A stretch of DNA of 64,000 nt from Bdellovibrio sp. (GCA_036677065.1 JAKFBS010000008.1:118593-182592), one strand, 5' to 3'. Numbered from the stretch's first letter, positions 20,163 to 29,858 are shown. Numbers and translations: made by a program. The notes: a model not told the origin generated them from the letters alone.

Positions 20163-20189
20163 TAAGTTCACTCCAGAAAACACCGATAA
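20163..20189 (+). promoter_or_regulatory. Sigma-28 (FliA) promoter of fibre gene 1
   Basis: TAAG-N15-ACCGATAA, 7 nt before GTG 20197. Confidence 0.75.
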
Positions 20190-20196
20190 GACCTAA

Positions 20197-23100
20197 GTGA
20201 AGCATCGTCTGCAGTACGTTTATTCTATCCTGCTTTTGGTAGGCCTAATTGTATATTCGGCCTCGGCGTATGCCGTTAATGGTCGCACAACTTATCAAGC
20301 TAAAATCTACAAACCCGACGGCCAGCCTTTAGAGGCGGTCAGTGTTAATTTTCGTTTTACTGTTTTAGATCCATCATCATCATGCGTACTTTTTATTGAA
20401 GACTACGCAGCCGTTAACATGATCGGCAGTGGTGGATTAACTTCGTTTAGCTTAGGTATGGGAACAAGAACATACCCAGCAAGTGGGCCGACAACATTTG
20501 CCACAGTCTTTGATAACTCAGTCCCGTCATTTGTTTGTCAAACGCCAGGCGTGTACAATCCGGTGCCAACAGATAATAGAAAAGTCGTGATGCAATTTAA
20601 TGAAGGCTCGGGTTGGCAAACATTGCCGGCAATGCCGATCAATTCGGTGCCGTATGCGATGTATTCTGCGAAAGCACAAAATTCAACATTACTAAATGGT
20701 AAAGCTGATTCTGAATTTGTTGAAGTTTCAACATTAGCTGCATTAAATTGCCAGGTAAATGAAGCGATTCATTTTAATGGCGCAACTTTTAGTTGTATCG
20801 CGGTCGGCGTTGCCAGTAGCGGAATTTCAAGCGTCACAACCAGCGGCACAGTTTTATCAACAGGTGGTACAGCCAGCGCGCCAGTGATCTCAATCACAGC
20901 CGCCACAATGTCGAGTGATGGTTATTTAACGTCGTTAGATTACGCTGAATTTAAAGCAAAACTTTCTGCCAGTAGTACCCAGATTATAAGTACCTTAGGT
21001 TATGCGCCAGTGAGTGGATCTGCGGTAAATACGCAAATTCAAGCTTCAAACTTGGCCGGTGATGTCAGCGGAACAATTGCTGCAAACTTTGTTCAAAGTG
21101 TTGGTGGTAAAACTTCAGCGCAAGTGGCAACAAGTGTCGATGATACGCTAGCTGCAACGTCGTCTTCGACGGCTGATACTATTGTAAAGCGTAATTCTTC
21201 AGGCAATTTTACCGCCAATGATATTTACGCCAATGCTGCAAAATTAAATTACGTCGATATTTATAGACCAAGCACAAGTTTTAATATTCGCTTACAAGCG
21301 CCAACCAGTTTAGCTGCAAATTACACTTTAAATTTACCAACCAGCAGCGGGACCGTGGGCCAAGTGTTATCAACAGATGGTTCAGGAAATTTATCTTGGA
21401 TCAGTGCTGCAACCGGTAGCGTAACAAGTGTCAGTGCGACAGCACCGTTGGTTTCAACGGGTGGATCAACGCCGACTATTTCAATCACGCAATCGACGTC
21501 TTCAACGAATGGTTATTTGTCGTCGGCAGATTGGAATACTTTTAATAATAAACAACAAGCTACACAAGCTGCCATTATTGCAACACTTGGGTACACTCCG
21601 GCGAATGCAACAAGTGCAACGCAATGGACGACTAACGGTGCAGATATTTCTTACAGCACTGGCAATGTCGGTGTTGGCACATCGACTCCGACAGAGCGAT
21701 TAACAGTTGGTGCGGGAAAGCTTGCGATTATTAACACAGCCGCTTGGGATCATTTATCTTTTTATCATGCGGGCGCAAATGCTTACTATGATGTCGGTGG
21801 TGCCGAAAACGGATTAATTATTCGAGTTGATGGTTCTGGTGGCGCAGGATACCCAGCAGTTTCATACACCGAAGTTATGCGTTTAATGCCAAGTGGTAAC
21901 GTCGGGATTGGTACGGCGACTCCTGCATTTTTACTTGATGTTTCTGGAAGCGCCCGCACGGGTAGCGTAAGTAATGGTTCAGTCGTTATGGGAAATGACA
22001 ACAATGCCTTTATCGAAATGCGTGAAAATGACAGTGCCGGAACTCCTTATATAGACTTTGTAAATGATCCATCAACTGATTTTGATTTTAGATTAATTTT
22101 AAATAGTGATGATAGTTTTAGTCTGATGGGTGGTTCTGTCGGCATCGGCACACAAGCGCCATCAGCGTTATTAAATTTAGCCGCGGGCTCAGCCAGTAAT
22201 GCTCCACTTAAATTTACTTCAGGAACTTTATTATCGGCGCCGCAATCTGGCACGATGGAGTACGACGGTAATTATTTTTATTTAACTGACAGCGCAAACA
22301 TTCGCCGAACGATTGCTACAGGTTCTGTTGCAGGATCAATTGATAATGCATCTAATATTAATTCGTCAGGTAACATTACGCTGTCGCCAACAGGCTCAGT
22401 GATAGTTTCAAGCACAACGGCTTCAACAGATTCTAGCACCGGTGCTTTGATTGTAAAAGGTGGCTTAGGTGTTGCGGGTGATGCTAACTTCGGAAGTGAC
22501 GTCAATGTTGCCGGGCGTGTGGGTATCGGAACATCTGCACCGCAAGCAGCACTTGATGTTTCAGGTGCTATTCGTATTGGTAACAATAACTCGGTTCAGG
22601 GTTCAGATTTAATTTATGCACGTTACGGAGCGACTTCAGAAACTACAGCCGTGGTCGGAACAAGATATTCTTCAGGTGGATTATTTTTAGGTTACGGCAT
22701 CAAAGCCGGGCCTGGGCCTACAGCAGCTGATTATTATCAATCTTCATACGCGGCCAACCTCGGGCGTTCGGTTGTACAACTTGGTCAAGATATCGATTTT
22801 TTAACAGCGTCAAATCAAGCGGCAGCCATTGGTAGTTCTGTCGCAATGACTTCAAGATTTTTTATTTCAAATGCGGGTAATGTAGGTGTGGCAACATCTG
22901 CTCCGCGCCAATTAATTGATGTCGCGCCCGGAAGTGGAAATTCAGTTGTTCGCGCAACAACAGTTGATTCATCAGCCGCGATTCAATTGTATAAAAAAAC
23001 CGGCGCAGCTTACAAAGGCCATGCCCTGACCACTCAGGGTAATGATTTATATTTTAATTATGATGCCGTCGAAAATTCTGGCGCAATTCTAATGACTTTA

Positions 23101-24738
23101 TCTGCAAGCGGAAGTTTAGGCATCGGCTCAACACCAGGTGAAAAATTAGATGTCTTAGGTAATATGCGTATCGGGGCAACTGATTCAAACTACATTGCCT
23201 TTCGCGGAACCACTGGCGATGGTGCAGGATCTTACAATCATACTTATATTGGTGAAAGACTGTATAGCGGGGTTGAAGCTTCAGAATTATTATTATTTAA
23301 AGGTAATGATTCAGACAATGCTTCTGGTCCTGACCGAATCAGAATGGCCGCAGGTAATATCGTGTTTGACACTTACGCTTCACCTGATGCGCCAAGCGGA
23401 ACTTTTGAAGCCGTGGCCTCGTCGCCGATGATTACAACAAAAATGATTATTAAAGGTAACGGCGATGTGGGCATTGGAACTTCAGCACCTGTAACTCGAT
23501 TAGATATTCGTGGCCCTAATGGTAGCCCATCGTCTTATGCGAGTGGCACTTTAGCTATTAACGGTGGAGGAGTTGCGGCTTTGCTGTTTGGTACAGACGA
23601 TACAACAGCAAGTGCTGAGTATGCATGGATTCAGTCGCACGGAACACGGCCGTTACATATTAATAAAGTTGGAAACAGCACGGTGTTAAATGCAAATGGT
23701 GGCTACGTCGGTATTGGTGTGCCATCGCCATCAGAAAAACTTGATGTTGCTGGAAATATTAAAGTGCGTGGGCCGGCGTGGGCTGTCAGCGGAGATAAAG
23801 CGATAGTTCAGTTAGGTAATTCGGGACTTGATTATATCGAAGCCGAACTGAATGGCCCTTTAAAAATGCGATCAGCACAGCCGATTACTTTTGGTCATGA
23901 CTTAGCTGGCGGTGAACAAGTTCGTATTACGAATCTTGGTTATGTCGGGATTGGTACTTCTGCGCCAACAACAAAATTAGAAGTTGTCGGTGGTAATATT
24001 AATGTGCCAACAGGCAGAGTTAGTTTTAATGCGGGTACAACAGCAGGTAGCTCAGGTGTTGCAAGCTCTGATACCGGATCTATTTTTGGTGAACATGATC
24101 TTGCTTCTGAAACAAGTCGTTTAGTTTTAGAAATTTATGACAACGTTAATGATCAAATCATAATGCGTACAAATGCTTTATCGGGTGGAGCAAATGTAGA
24201 TATGGTTAAAGTGCAATACAATCAAGTATCACTTGCGCCAACGACCGGTAATGTCGGTGTGGGCGTAGAAACGCCAACTTCAAAATTACAGGTTAATGGT
24301 GGTATCAAGCAGCCAAATCACGGGCAAATATGGTTTTCGTGGGATGGCGTAACACGAATTGCTTCAATGCCGACATTCTTAACTGATGCTTACATGAATA
24401 CACATCAAGACGAAGTTTTCACATGGCGTGCTCCTGCGCCGAGTTTGAAAGATACTGTAGGTTGTGGTGCTGGGCCTTCAGCAGGGTACATGTTTTCGAA
24501 TGCTGGAGACTCAACCTGGGGCGGAACTTATCGCTTAGTTATCGGTAAAGCCGGCGCAACAAACATCGTGGATATTCAGTATGCTGGTTGGGGTGCGCAA
24601 CTTCTGGATGCCAGTTTTGGAACTGTAACTGGTATATCAAACGGATCTGTTAACGCGACAATGACATTTTCTGGTGGTGTTTGGACGGTTGAACACATGC
24701 AAGGTCAGGTCGAGACAACCCCATTTTCTTGTCATTAA
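20197..24738 (+). CDS. Phage-tail-fibre-like mosaic adhesin (Bdellovibrio MAT-like), 1513 aa
   Basis: Signal peptide; N-terminal TYQAKI.KPDG...INSVPYAM domain; about 10 GNVGIGT-type repeats; no obvious S74 chaperone at the C-terminus. Confidence 0.85.
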   Translation: MKHRLQYVYSILLLVGLIVYSASAYAVNGRTTYQAKIYKPDGQPLEAVSVNFRFTVLDPSSSCVLFIEDYAAVNMIGSGGLTSFSLGMGTRTYPASGPTTFATVFDNSVPSFVCQTPGVYNPVPTDNRKVVMQFNEGSGWQTLPAMPINSVPYAMYSAKAQNSTLLNGKADSEFVEVSTLAALNCQVNEAIHFNGATFSCIAVGVASSGISSVTTSGTVLSTGGTASAPVISITAATMSSDGYLTSLDYAEFKAKLSASSTQIISTLGYAPVSGSAVNTQIQASNLAGDVSGTIAANFVQSVGGKTSAQVATSVDDTLAATSSSTADTIVKRNSSGNFTANDIYANAAKLNYVDIYRPSTSFNIRLQAPTSLAANYTLNLPTSSGTVGQVLSTDGSGNLSWISAATGSVTSVSATAPLVSTGGSTPTISITQSTSSTNGYLSSADWNTFNNKQQATQAAIIATLGYTPANATSATQWTTNGADISYSTGNVGVGTSTPTERLTVGAGKLAIINTAAWDHLSFYHAGANAYYDVGGAENGLIIRVDGSGGAGYPAVSYTEVMRLMPSGNVGIGTATPAFLLDVSGSARTGSVSNGSVVMGNDNNAFIEMRENDSAGTPYIDFVNDPSTDFDFRLILNSDDSFSLMGGSVGIGTQAPSALLNLAAGSASNAPLKFTSGTLLSAPQSGTMEYDGNYFYLTDSANIRRTIATGSVAGSIDNASNINSSGNITLSPTGSVIVSSTTASTDSSTGALIVKGGLGVAGDANFGSDVNVAGRVGIGTSAPQAALDVSGAIRIGNNNSVQGSDLIYARYGATSETTAVVGTRYSSGGLFLGYGIKAGPGPTAADYYQSSYAANLGRSVVQLGQDIDFLTASNQAAAIGSSVAMTSRFFISNAGNVGVATSAPRQLIDVAPGSGNSVVRATTVDSSAAIQLYKKTGAAYKGHALTTQGNDLYFNYDAVENSGAILMTLSASGSLGIGSTPGEKLDVLGNMRIGATDSNYIAFRGTTGDGAGSYNHTYIGERLYSGVEASELLLFKGNDSDNASGPDRIRMAAGNIVFDTYASPDAPSGTFEAVASSPMITTKMIIKGNGDVGIGTSAPVTRLDIRGPNGSPSSYASGTLAINGGGVAALLFGTDDTTASAEYAWIQSHGTRPLHINKVGNSTVLNANGGYVGIGVPSPSEKLDVAGNIKVRGPAWAVSGDKAIVQLGNSGLDYIEAELNGPLKMRSAQPITFGHDLAGGEQVRITNLGYVGIGTSAPTTKLEVVGGNINVPTGRVSFNAGTTAGSSGVASSDTGSIFGEHDLASETSRLVLEIYDNVNDQIIMRTNALSGGANVDMVKVQYNQVSLAPTTGNVGVGVETPTSKLQVNGGIKQPNHGQIWFSWDGVTRIASMPTFLTDAYMNTHQDEVFTWRAPAPSLKDTVGCGAGPSAGYMFSNAGDSTWGGTYRLVIGKAGATNIVDIQYAGWGAQLLDASFGTVTGISNGSVNATMTFSGGVWTVEHMQGQVETTPFSCH

Positions 24739-25487
24739 CTTTGTTTTTTACGTTTGCTAAAAGCTTTAGTGAACGGCGATTCCCACGGGCGTAAGCCAAT
24801 CACTAAACCAAAATCTTTCGTGTTCGGATGATTTCTGTGGCTGTCAGATTCGGCCATAAGTTCTTTGCTGATCTGTAAAAGTTTTTGTCTTAATTTTTGT
24901 GGGCCACCGGGCACAAAATTTAAATTTAAAAACGTGAAAAAATCATCATTTTCATTAAATTTGGTTTCAAAAAATTTTGTTTTCATCAGGGTTTCTAAAT
25001 GCTGGCCAAGGGGGCCTTCTTTACGAAAGCGTAACTGACCATCGAATTTACGTTTGATGCGGTTCTTAGTTTGAACTTCTAATAAACCCCATTTTTCTAA
25101 TTGATTAAGAATGCGAATGTTTTTTTCTGCTGACACTGTATAGTCACGTAAAATTTCTGTCGGACTGAAACCCTCTAGAATCAGTAAAAAATAATGAAGT
25201 GCTTCGGGATCTTTAACTAAACGATTTTCTTGCTCGGGCGTTAAATAAAAAAGTTCAGTGCTTTTTTCAAAAGGAATGCGCTGTAAAAATTCGCCCACAG
25301 AAATATTCATTAATTCGCAGGCCGTTTCTATTTTTGAAAGACTAATATCTTCTGAAGCCATGATTCGCTTGGTGCTTGATACTGATAGCTTCCAGGTCTT
25401 GGCAAGATCTGAGTAACTTAGACCGCGCAGCTTAAGGTGTGATTTTAAGTTTTCTATAATTAAAGTCGTGTTTGATCCTGTACTCAT
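24735..25487 (-). CDS. XRE/Cro-type HTH transcriptional regulator
   Basis: LSYSDLAKTWKLSVSSTKRI HTH, second winged-helix-like region, C-terminal GLRPWE. Confidence 0.85.
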   Translation of the reverse strand: MSTGSNTTLIIENLKSHLKLRGLSYSDLAKTWKLSVSSTKRIMASEDISLSKIETACELMNISVGEFLQRIPFEKSTELFYLTPEQENRLVKDPEALHYFLLILEGFSPTEILRDYTVSAEKNIRILNQLEKWGLLEVQTKNRIKRKFDGQLRFRKEGPLGQHLETLMKTKFFETKFNENDDFFTFLNLNFVPGGPQKLRQKLLQISKELMAESDSHRNHPNTKDFGLVIGLRPWESPFTKAFSKRKKQS

Positions 25488-25527
25488 TACATAGATTCTG
25501 CATTAATCCGAGACGGCGAGCAAGTCA

Positions 25528-25569
25528 AAGTATCACAATATAATACTTATGGTACTAATAAGTAATACC
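25528..25569. promoter_or_regulatory. Tandem inverted-repeat operator pair
   Basis: AGTAT-N9-ATACT (25529-25547) and GGTAC-N9-ATACC (25551-25569), 22 bp apart, between the regulator and a divergent small ORF. Confidence 0.6.
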
Positions 25570-25630
25570 TTGAAACACGCTCTTTATTTCGGGTCTAGGA
25601 TTGTCGATACTTAGAAGTAAGGAGATTGTT

Positions 25631-25777
25631 ATGAAAAAATGGTTCACCCTATTAAAACAAGCTTTCTTTAAATCAAGCGCCCCTGAATTTTACTACTTAG
25701 ATGAGATGAAGAATTTCGAAGTTCAAGAAGACCTGCGAAGAAGTGAATACCTAAGAGCTTTTTCTAAAGCAGCTTAG
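25631..25777 (+). CDS. Small protein, 48 aa (MKKWFTLLKQAFFKSSAPEFYYLDEMKNFEVQEDLRRSEYLRAFSKAA); absent from the ORF track
   Basis: SD TAAGGAG 6 nt before ATG; followed immediately by a terminator. Confidence 0.7.
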   Translation: MKKWFTLLKQAFFKSSAPEFYYLDEMKNFEVQEDLRRSEYLRAFSKAA

Positions 25778-25784
25778 AGTTAAG

Positions 25785-25814
25785 AAAAGAATGCAGCCTA
25801 AGCTGCATTCTTTT
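25785..25814. terminator. Bidirectional intrinsic terminator
   Basis: AAAAGAATGCAGC-CTAA-GCTGCATTCTTTT perfect stem with A/T tails. Confidence 0.8.
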
Positions 25815-26613
25815 TTAAAATCATGACGGGTATACATAAAATCGGTAAGCTCGTAAGAATTACGACCAGAACTGCGCCAACCGGCAGATCCAGTTTATAA
25901 CTGACGATCATTCCAATAAGACTTACAATCGCTCCTAAGCCCCAGCCAAACAGTAATCTTTTTCCAATTGTATTTGCAAAAAGTGAACTTAAGACTGAAG
26001 GCACTATTAAGAACGAAAACACTAACAGCACGCCGGCAATCGAAGTAGATGAAGTAATCACTACACCAAATAAAGCGTAAAAAAGAAAATCCCAAAACCA
26101 ATGGCCCTGCTGATTTTCAAAAGAGTTACGCATAAATTTATCTCTGAAATACCAGTGAATAAAACCAACACCCGAATAGATCAGAAAAGTTTTTAAAACA
26201 TCATCCCAGCTGACCCAAAGAATTTGCCCAACCAGGGCTTCTTTAAGATGTTCAGCACCGTGAGCTAATCGATCAATGACAAGCACGACTGCTGCAGAGG
26301 CAAAAGCATAGGTAATGCCGATCAATGCTTCTTGCGGAATCTTTTTTTCAAATCGTCTGGCCATTGCAAATATCGCAGCAGCAATAAAGGTTGCGCCCAG
26401 TGAAATAAAATATCCAGAGGCAGAAGTGTGTTCAGGGTCCCAAATTAAAGCTAAGGTCGCCCCAAATGAGGCGACCTGTGCAAGACTTAAATCAACAAAT
26501 ACTACACCGCGAGCTAAAACGTGAATTCCTAAATAGCAGTGAATCACGACTAGTAAAAGACACATCACAAACGGGGCTAGTAAAAATTGAATAGCATCCA
26601 TATTATTTGGCAC
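25798..26613 (-). CDS. Zn/Mn ABC transporter permease (ZnuB/ABC-3 family)
   Basis: Multi-TM; YLGIHVLARGVVFVDLSLAQ; GVLLVFSFLIVP; DLPVGA. Confidence 0.9.
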   Translation of the reverse strand: MPNNMDAIQFLLAPFVMCLLLVVIHCYLGIHVLARGVVFVDLSLAQVASFGATLALIWDPEHTSASGYFISLGATFIAAAIFAMARRFEKKIPQEALIGITYAFASAAVVLVIDRLAHGAEHLKEALVGQILWVSWDDVLKTFLIYSGVGFIHWYFRDKFMRNSFENQQGHWFWDFLFYALFGVVITSSTSIAGVLLVFSFLIVPSVLSSLFANTIGKRLLFGWGLGAIVSLIGMIVSYKLDLPVGAVLVVILTSLPILCIPVMILKKNAA

Positions 26614-27502
26614 TCTCTAGGGCTTTAACCAGTTGCTCAGTCACATCTTCAAGTTTGTTTAAACCAGGTTGTGCTTCAACTGAAATACCTACCGATATCA
26701 CTTTAGCTTTGGGCACATCTTTAATAATACGTTCAGCAATTTTGGTGTCAAAAAAACTATCTACCAAAATTAATTTGATGTTTTGTTTTTTCATCGTGTT
26801 AATCACTGAAAGCACATGCTGCGCTGAAGGCGGAACACCGGGTTTAGCTTCTAAATAAATGGGTGCTTTTAACCCGAATCGATCCAAGAAATAATTAAGT
26901 GACGGGTGATAAGTCACCAGTTCTTTAATTTCAGTTTTTTGAATACGCATAGTCCAGTCAGCCATTTTTTTAGAAACAGATTCTTGAAACAGCTTAGCAT
27001 TAGCTGCATAAATTAGTTTATTGGCGCTATCTAATTCAGAAAGTTTTTCTGCGATTTTTACTGCCAGCTCGCTTAAACGAACCGGATCAAGCATAAAGTG
27101 CGGATTACCTTCAGGATGAACATCACCCATCGCTCGTGTTACATTCACAGTGGGCTTATCAAGAGGAGTAATCAAAGAACCTAGTTCCATATACCCTGAC
27201 GAAGCCGCTGAGATTTTTGGATTACGCGCACCTTTTAGTAAAGTCGGAAGCCAGCCAATTTCTAGTGATAAACCATTTGATACGATTAAATCTGCATCAC
27301 GCATTTTTACCATATACGAAGGTTTAGCTTCGATATAGTGGGGGTCTTGCGACCCCTTGGCGATTTGTGAAAGATTCACGGTATCACCAGCCACCACTTT
27401 AACAAGGGCTGCGATATCTGCAGTTGTTGCCACGACATTTAATTTAGCCTGTGCTATCGATGTCATTGCAATCATGAAAAAACATATTAAATAAATTTTC
27501 AT
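26603..27502 (-). CDS. Zn/Mn ABC transporter substrate-binding protein (ZnuA family)
   Basis: VVATT, QDPHYIE, GDVHPEGNPH, TYHPS, EAKPGVPP. Confidence 0.93.
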   Translation of the reverse strand: MKIYLICFFMIAMTSIAQAKLNVVATTADIAALVKVVAGDTVNLSQIAKGSQDPHYIEAKPSYMVKMRDADLIVSNGLSLEIGWLPTLLKGARNPKISAASSGYMELGSLITPLDKPTVNVTRAMGDVHPEGNPHFMLDPVRLSELAVKIAEKLSELDSANKLIYAANAKLFQESVSKKMADWTMRIQKTEIKELVTYHPSLNYFLDRFGLKAPIYLEAKPGVPPSAQHVLSVINTMKKQNIKLILVDSFFDTKIAERIIKDVPKAKVISVGISVEAQPGLNKLEDVTEQLVKALESAK

Positions 27503-27512
27503 AAGCTAACCT

Positions 27513-28601
27513 TTAGTAGGCATGGGCGGGATGAGCACCGATGCTGTAATTAAATTGCACTAGCACACGTTTTTCATCGTCGGTAGCACCATCTTTTAAT
27601 TGATCATACTGTAGTCTGATTCCAGAAAACTCTGAAGGAATATATCCAATTAACAAAGATTGTTTTTTTTGTTTTTCAGGTAACGGTTCAGTTAAAGAGG
27701 GATCTTGTTCTTTAAATGTTAGCTCTTCACCGCGTACTTGTAACCACCAGCGGCGTGCAAATTGATATTGAATCCAAGTAGCAAAGCCTTCGGCTTTTTC
27801 TGTAAAAGCGGTTCTGTTTTGCTTACGTTGCAGAAGTTCTGTTGACCAGCTTGCCGAGCGCGATTCATTAGCGCGCCATTTGAAAGTTAAGTCAGCGCCT
27901 GCAAGATTTGTTTTTTCTTCATCGATGTTTTTACCATTTGCTCCTGAAAGTCCAAGTTCAAAAGTTAAATCAGCATTGATATCCCACAGGTTTTTAAGAT
28001 GCGCTAAGGCTACAGTGCTGTTAGCAGCTGATGAGTTAAAATAATCTAACCCTTCAGAGCGGCCAGAAATACCTTGTAGTGTTAACTCAGAAAACCAAGA
28101 AGTCGGAAACAACACAGAAGCTGATAAGCCCACATCATTTAAGCCTTCGTCACCCAGTAAATATTGATTAGCTAAAGGCGCATCAATAAAAGGAAAGGCA
28201 TGTGTGTGAAGTGCATTGTGTTTTCCGAAAGCAGTTTTGAATTTACCGATTTTTAGAGTCACAAAAGGTAAATCTAAACTTTCAGCGAAGGCCTCTTCGG
28301 GTTCAAACACAAATTCTCTTTCGGGCGGTACAACACTATCGTCATACTCTTGGTGTAAGGCAAAAGTACTGGTAAAACGCCAGTAAGGATCTACATCGGC
28401 AGAAAACTGCAGCTCAGCTTCTTGCACAGCTAGTCCATTCGGATTTTCAACATTGGCATCATTGCCGCGGTTTGAATTTTGATAAAGAAATAAAGTGTTG
28501 ATCCCAATGTCTGGGTTAAAAGAATTGCCGCGCGATTTTATGGTTTGGGCAAATACTTGAGTCGAAAATAATATAATAAAAAAATAACTGAACAGTTTCA
28601 T
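27513..28601 (-). CDS. Outer-membrane beta-barrel, zinc-uptake-associated receptor/porin
   Basis: Signal peptide; FNPDI, EAELQFSADVDPY, FGKHNALHTH, C-terminal IGAHPAHAY. Confidence 0.85.
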   Translation of the reverse strand: MKLFSYFFIILFSTQVFAQTIKSRGNSFNPDIGINTLFLYQNSNRGNDANVENPNGLAVQEAELQFSADVDPYWRFTSTFALHQEYDDSVVPPEREFVFEPEEAFAESLDLPFVTLKIGKFKTAFGKHNALHTHAFPFIDAPLANQYLLGDEGLNDVGLSASVLFPTSWFSELTLQGISGRSEGLDYFNSSAANSTVALAHLKNLWDINADLTFELGLSGANGKNIDEEKTNLAGADLTFKWRANESRSASWSTELLQRKQNRTAFTEKAEGFATWIQYQFARRWWLQVRGEELTFKEQDPSLTEPLPEKQKKQSLLIGYIPSEFSGIRLQYDQLKDGATDDEKRVLVQFNYSIGAHPAHAY

Positions 28602-28655
28602 AAAAACTCCGTTGTATAAAATTAATAGGTCAAAATTTAAATAGATTGTTTAAAC

Positions 28656-29006
28656 TTAGACTACGGGCGGAGCACGGGCTTGATGATAGTTGCTGTCACT
28701 GTAAGAAATCCAGTAGGGGATTAGGGTAGGCCTGATGTTTTGAATGGCTAAAACGTGAACTTGGGGGCTTGAGTCTAAAACTACAAACGGCTGTGGGTGC
28801 TGATTAGCAATAAGTTGTAAAAACTTACAGTGTTTGTGTAGTTCTTGAAGTGAAGCCGTTGCCGAGCCATTGACCGCGTGTAAAGCTTCAATTTCAGGTT
28901 CGCTCTCATTCGAAAGTAAATGCGTTAATTCATGAAGTTGCTGCATGAAAAACTGCGCAACGATAAAGCTAAAGATAAGAAAAAATCTGACAGCGTGAAT
29001 TCTCAT
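28656..29006 (-). CDS. DUF2946-like leader protein with C-terminal RAPP motif
   Basis: N-terminal hydrophobic helix, His-rich segment, HKHC, C-terminal QARAPPVV; lies directly upstream of the metal-uptake operon. Confidence 0.75.
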   Translation of the reverse strand: MRIHAVRFFLIFSFIVAQFFMQQLHELTHLLSNESEPEIEALHAVNGSATASLQELHKHCKFLQLIANQHPQPFVVLDSSPQVHVLAIQNIRPTLIPYWISYSDSNYHQARAPPVV

Positions 29007-29109
29007 TTACCCAATCAACCTATAAAGAAATAACTAGGAAGTAAACTGAATAGCTTGACGCGAATGGCATAATTGACTCCAAAGCCAGTAAAGCAGAAAT
29101 TAATAGCAA

Positions 29110-29703
29110 ATGGAAAAACCAATAGATTTTACTCAAATCAAAGAATTCACCGATCATGTATTTCAAAATCTGGATTTGCGTCAGCAAGTTATCGAAGGCT
29201 GTAGTTTTGATGCCTGCACCTTTAATCAAAGTTCTTTTAGTGGCGCCACGCTAAAAAACTGCCGCTTCGTCGATTGTATCTTTGAACATTGTGATCTAAG
29301 TAATACGCAATTAACCAGTTCGACTTTACGCTCGGTTAAATTTCAAAATTCAAAATTAGTCGGCATTAATTGGACAGCAGCTTCTGAAGTCATGCATTTA
29401 GCTTGGTATGAATGTATTTTAAATTACGGAAACTTTTCTGGCCTAGATTTGCGCAAATGTGTTTTATTTCAGTGCATGGCTATTGAAGCTGACTTTATTC
29501 AAACTAATTTCAGCGAAGCCAATTTGGGCGCAACCGATTTCGCCTCGGCAAGATTTGCTTCAACTAATTTAATAAAAGCTGATTTTCGCCAAGCCAGAAA
29601 TTATTCGATTCGCCCCGACAGCAATAAAATTAAAAATGCGAAATTTTCACTGCCAGAAGCTACACTTTTACTTTACGGCTTAGATATTATTTTAGAGCAG
29701 TAA
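29110..29703 (+). CDS. Pentapeptide repeat protein
   Basis: Repeated (C/A)xF/LxxA units, e.g. ANFSEANLGATDFASARFASTNLIKADFRQA-type run. Confidence 0.92.
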   Translation: MEKPIDFTQIKEFTDHVFQNLDLRQQVIEGCSFDACTFNQSSFSGATLKNCRFVDCIFEHCDLSNTQLTSSTLRSVKFQNSKLVGINWTAASEVMHLAWYECILNYGNFSGLDLRKCVLFQCMAIEADFIQTNFSEANLGATDFASARFASTNLIKADFRQARNYSIRPDSNKIKNAKFSLPEATLLLYGLDIILEQ

Positions 29704-29705
29704 GA

Positions 29706-29740
29706 CCGCTTTTAATCGAGATAATAGCGATTTAAAGCGG
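29706..29740. terminator. Hairpin after pentapeptide gene
   Basis: CCGCTTTTAATCG...CGATTTAAAGCGG. Confidence 0.5.
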
Positions 29741-29824
29741 GGTTCGTTTAATTAGATCTCAGCTAGCTCTTAATCGCGTAAATAAAATATTGCTTAGAAT
29801 GTCTCATTCTGAATCAAAGTAAGT

Positions 29825-29851
29825 TAAGTTAACTGCAGTAAACGTCGATAT
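29825..29851 (+). promoter_or_regulatory. Sigma-28 (FliA) promoter of fibre gene 2
   Basis: TAAG-N15-GTCGATAT, 7 nt before ATG 29859. Confidence 0.7.
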
Positions 29852-29858
29852 AGTAGTC

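Noticed and set aside
29110..29703. Pentapeptide protein as a Qnr quinolone-resistance gene
   Set aside because: Only the generic repeat is evident; no specific Qnr similarity or mobile context
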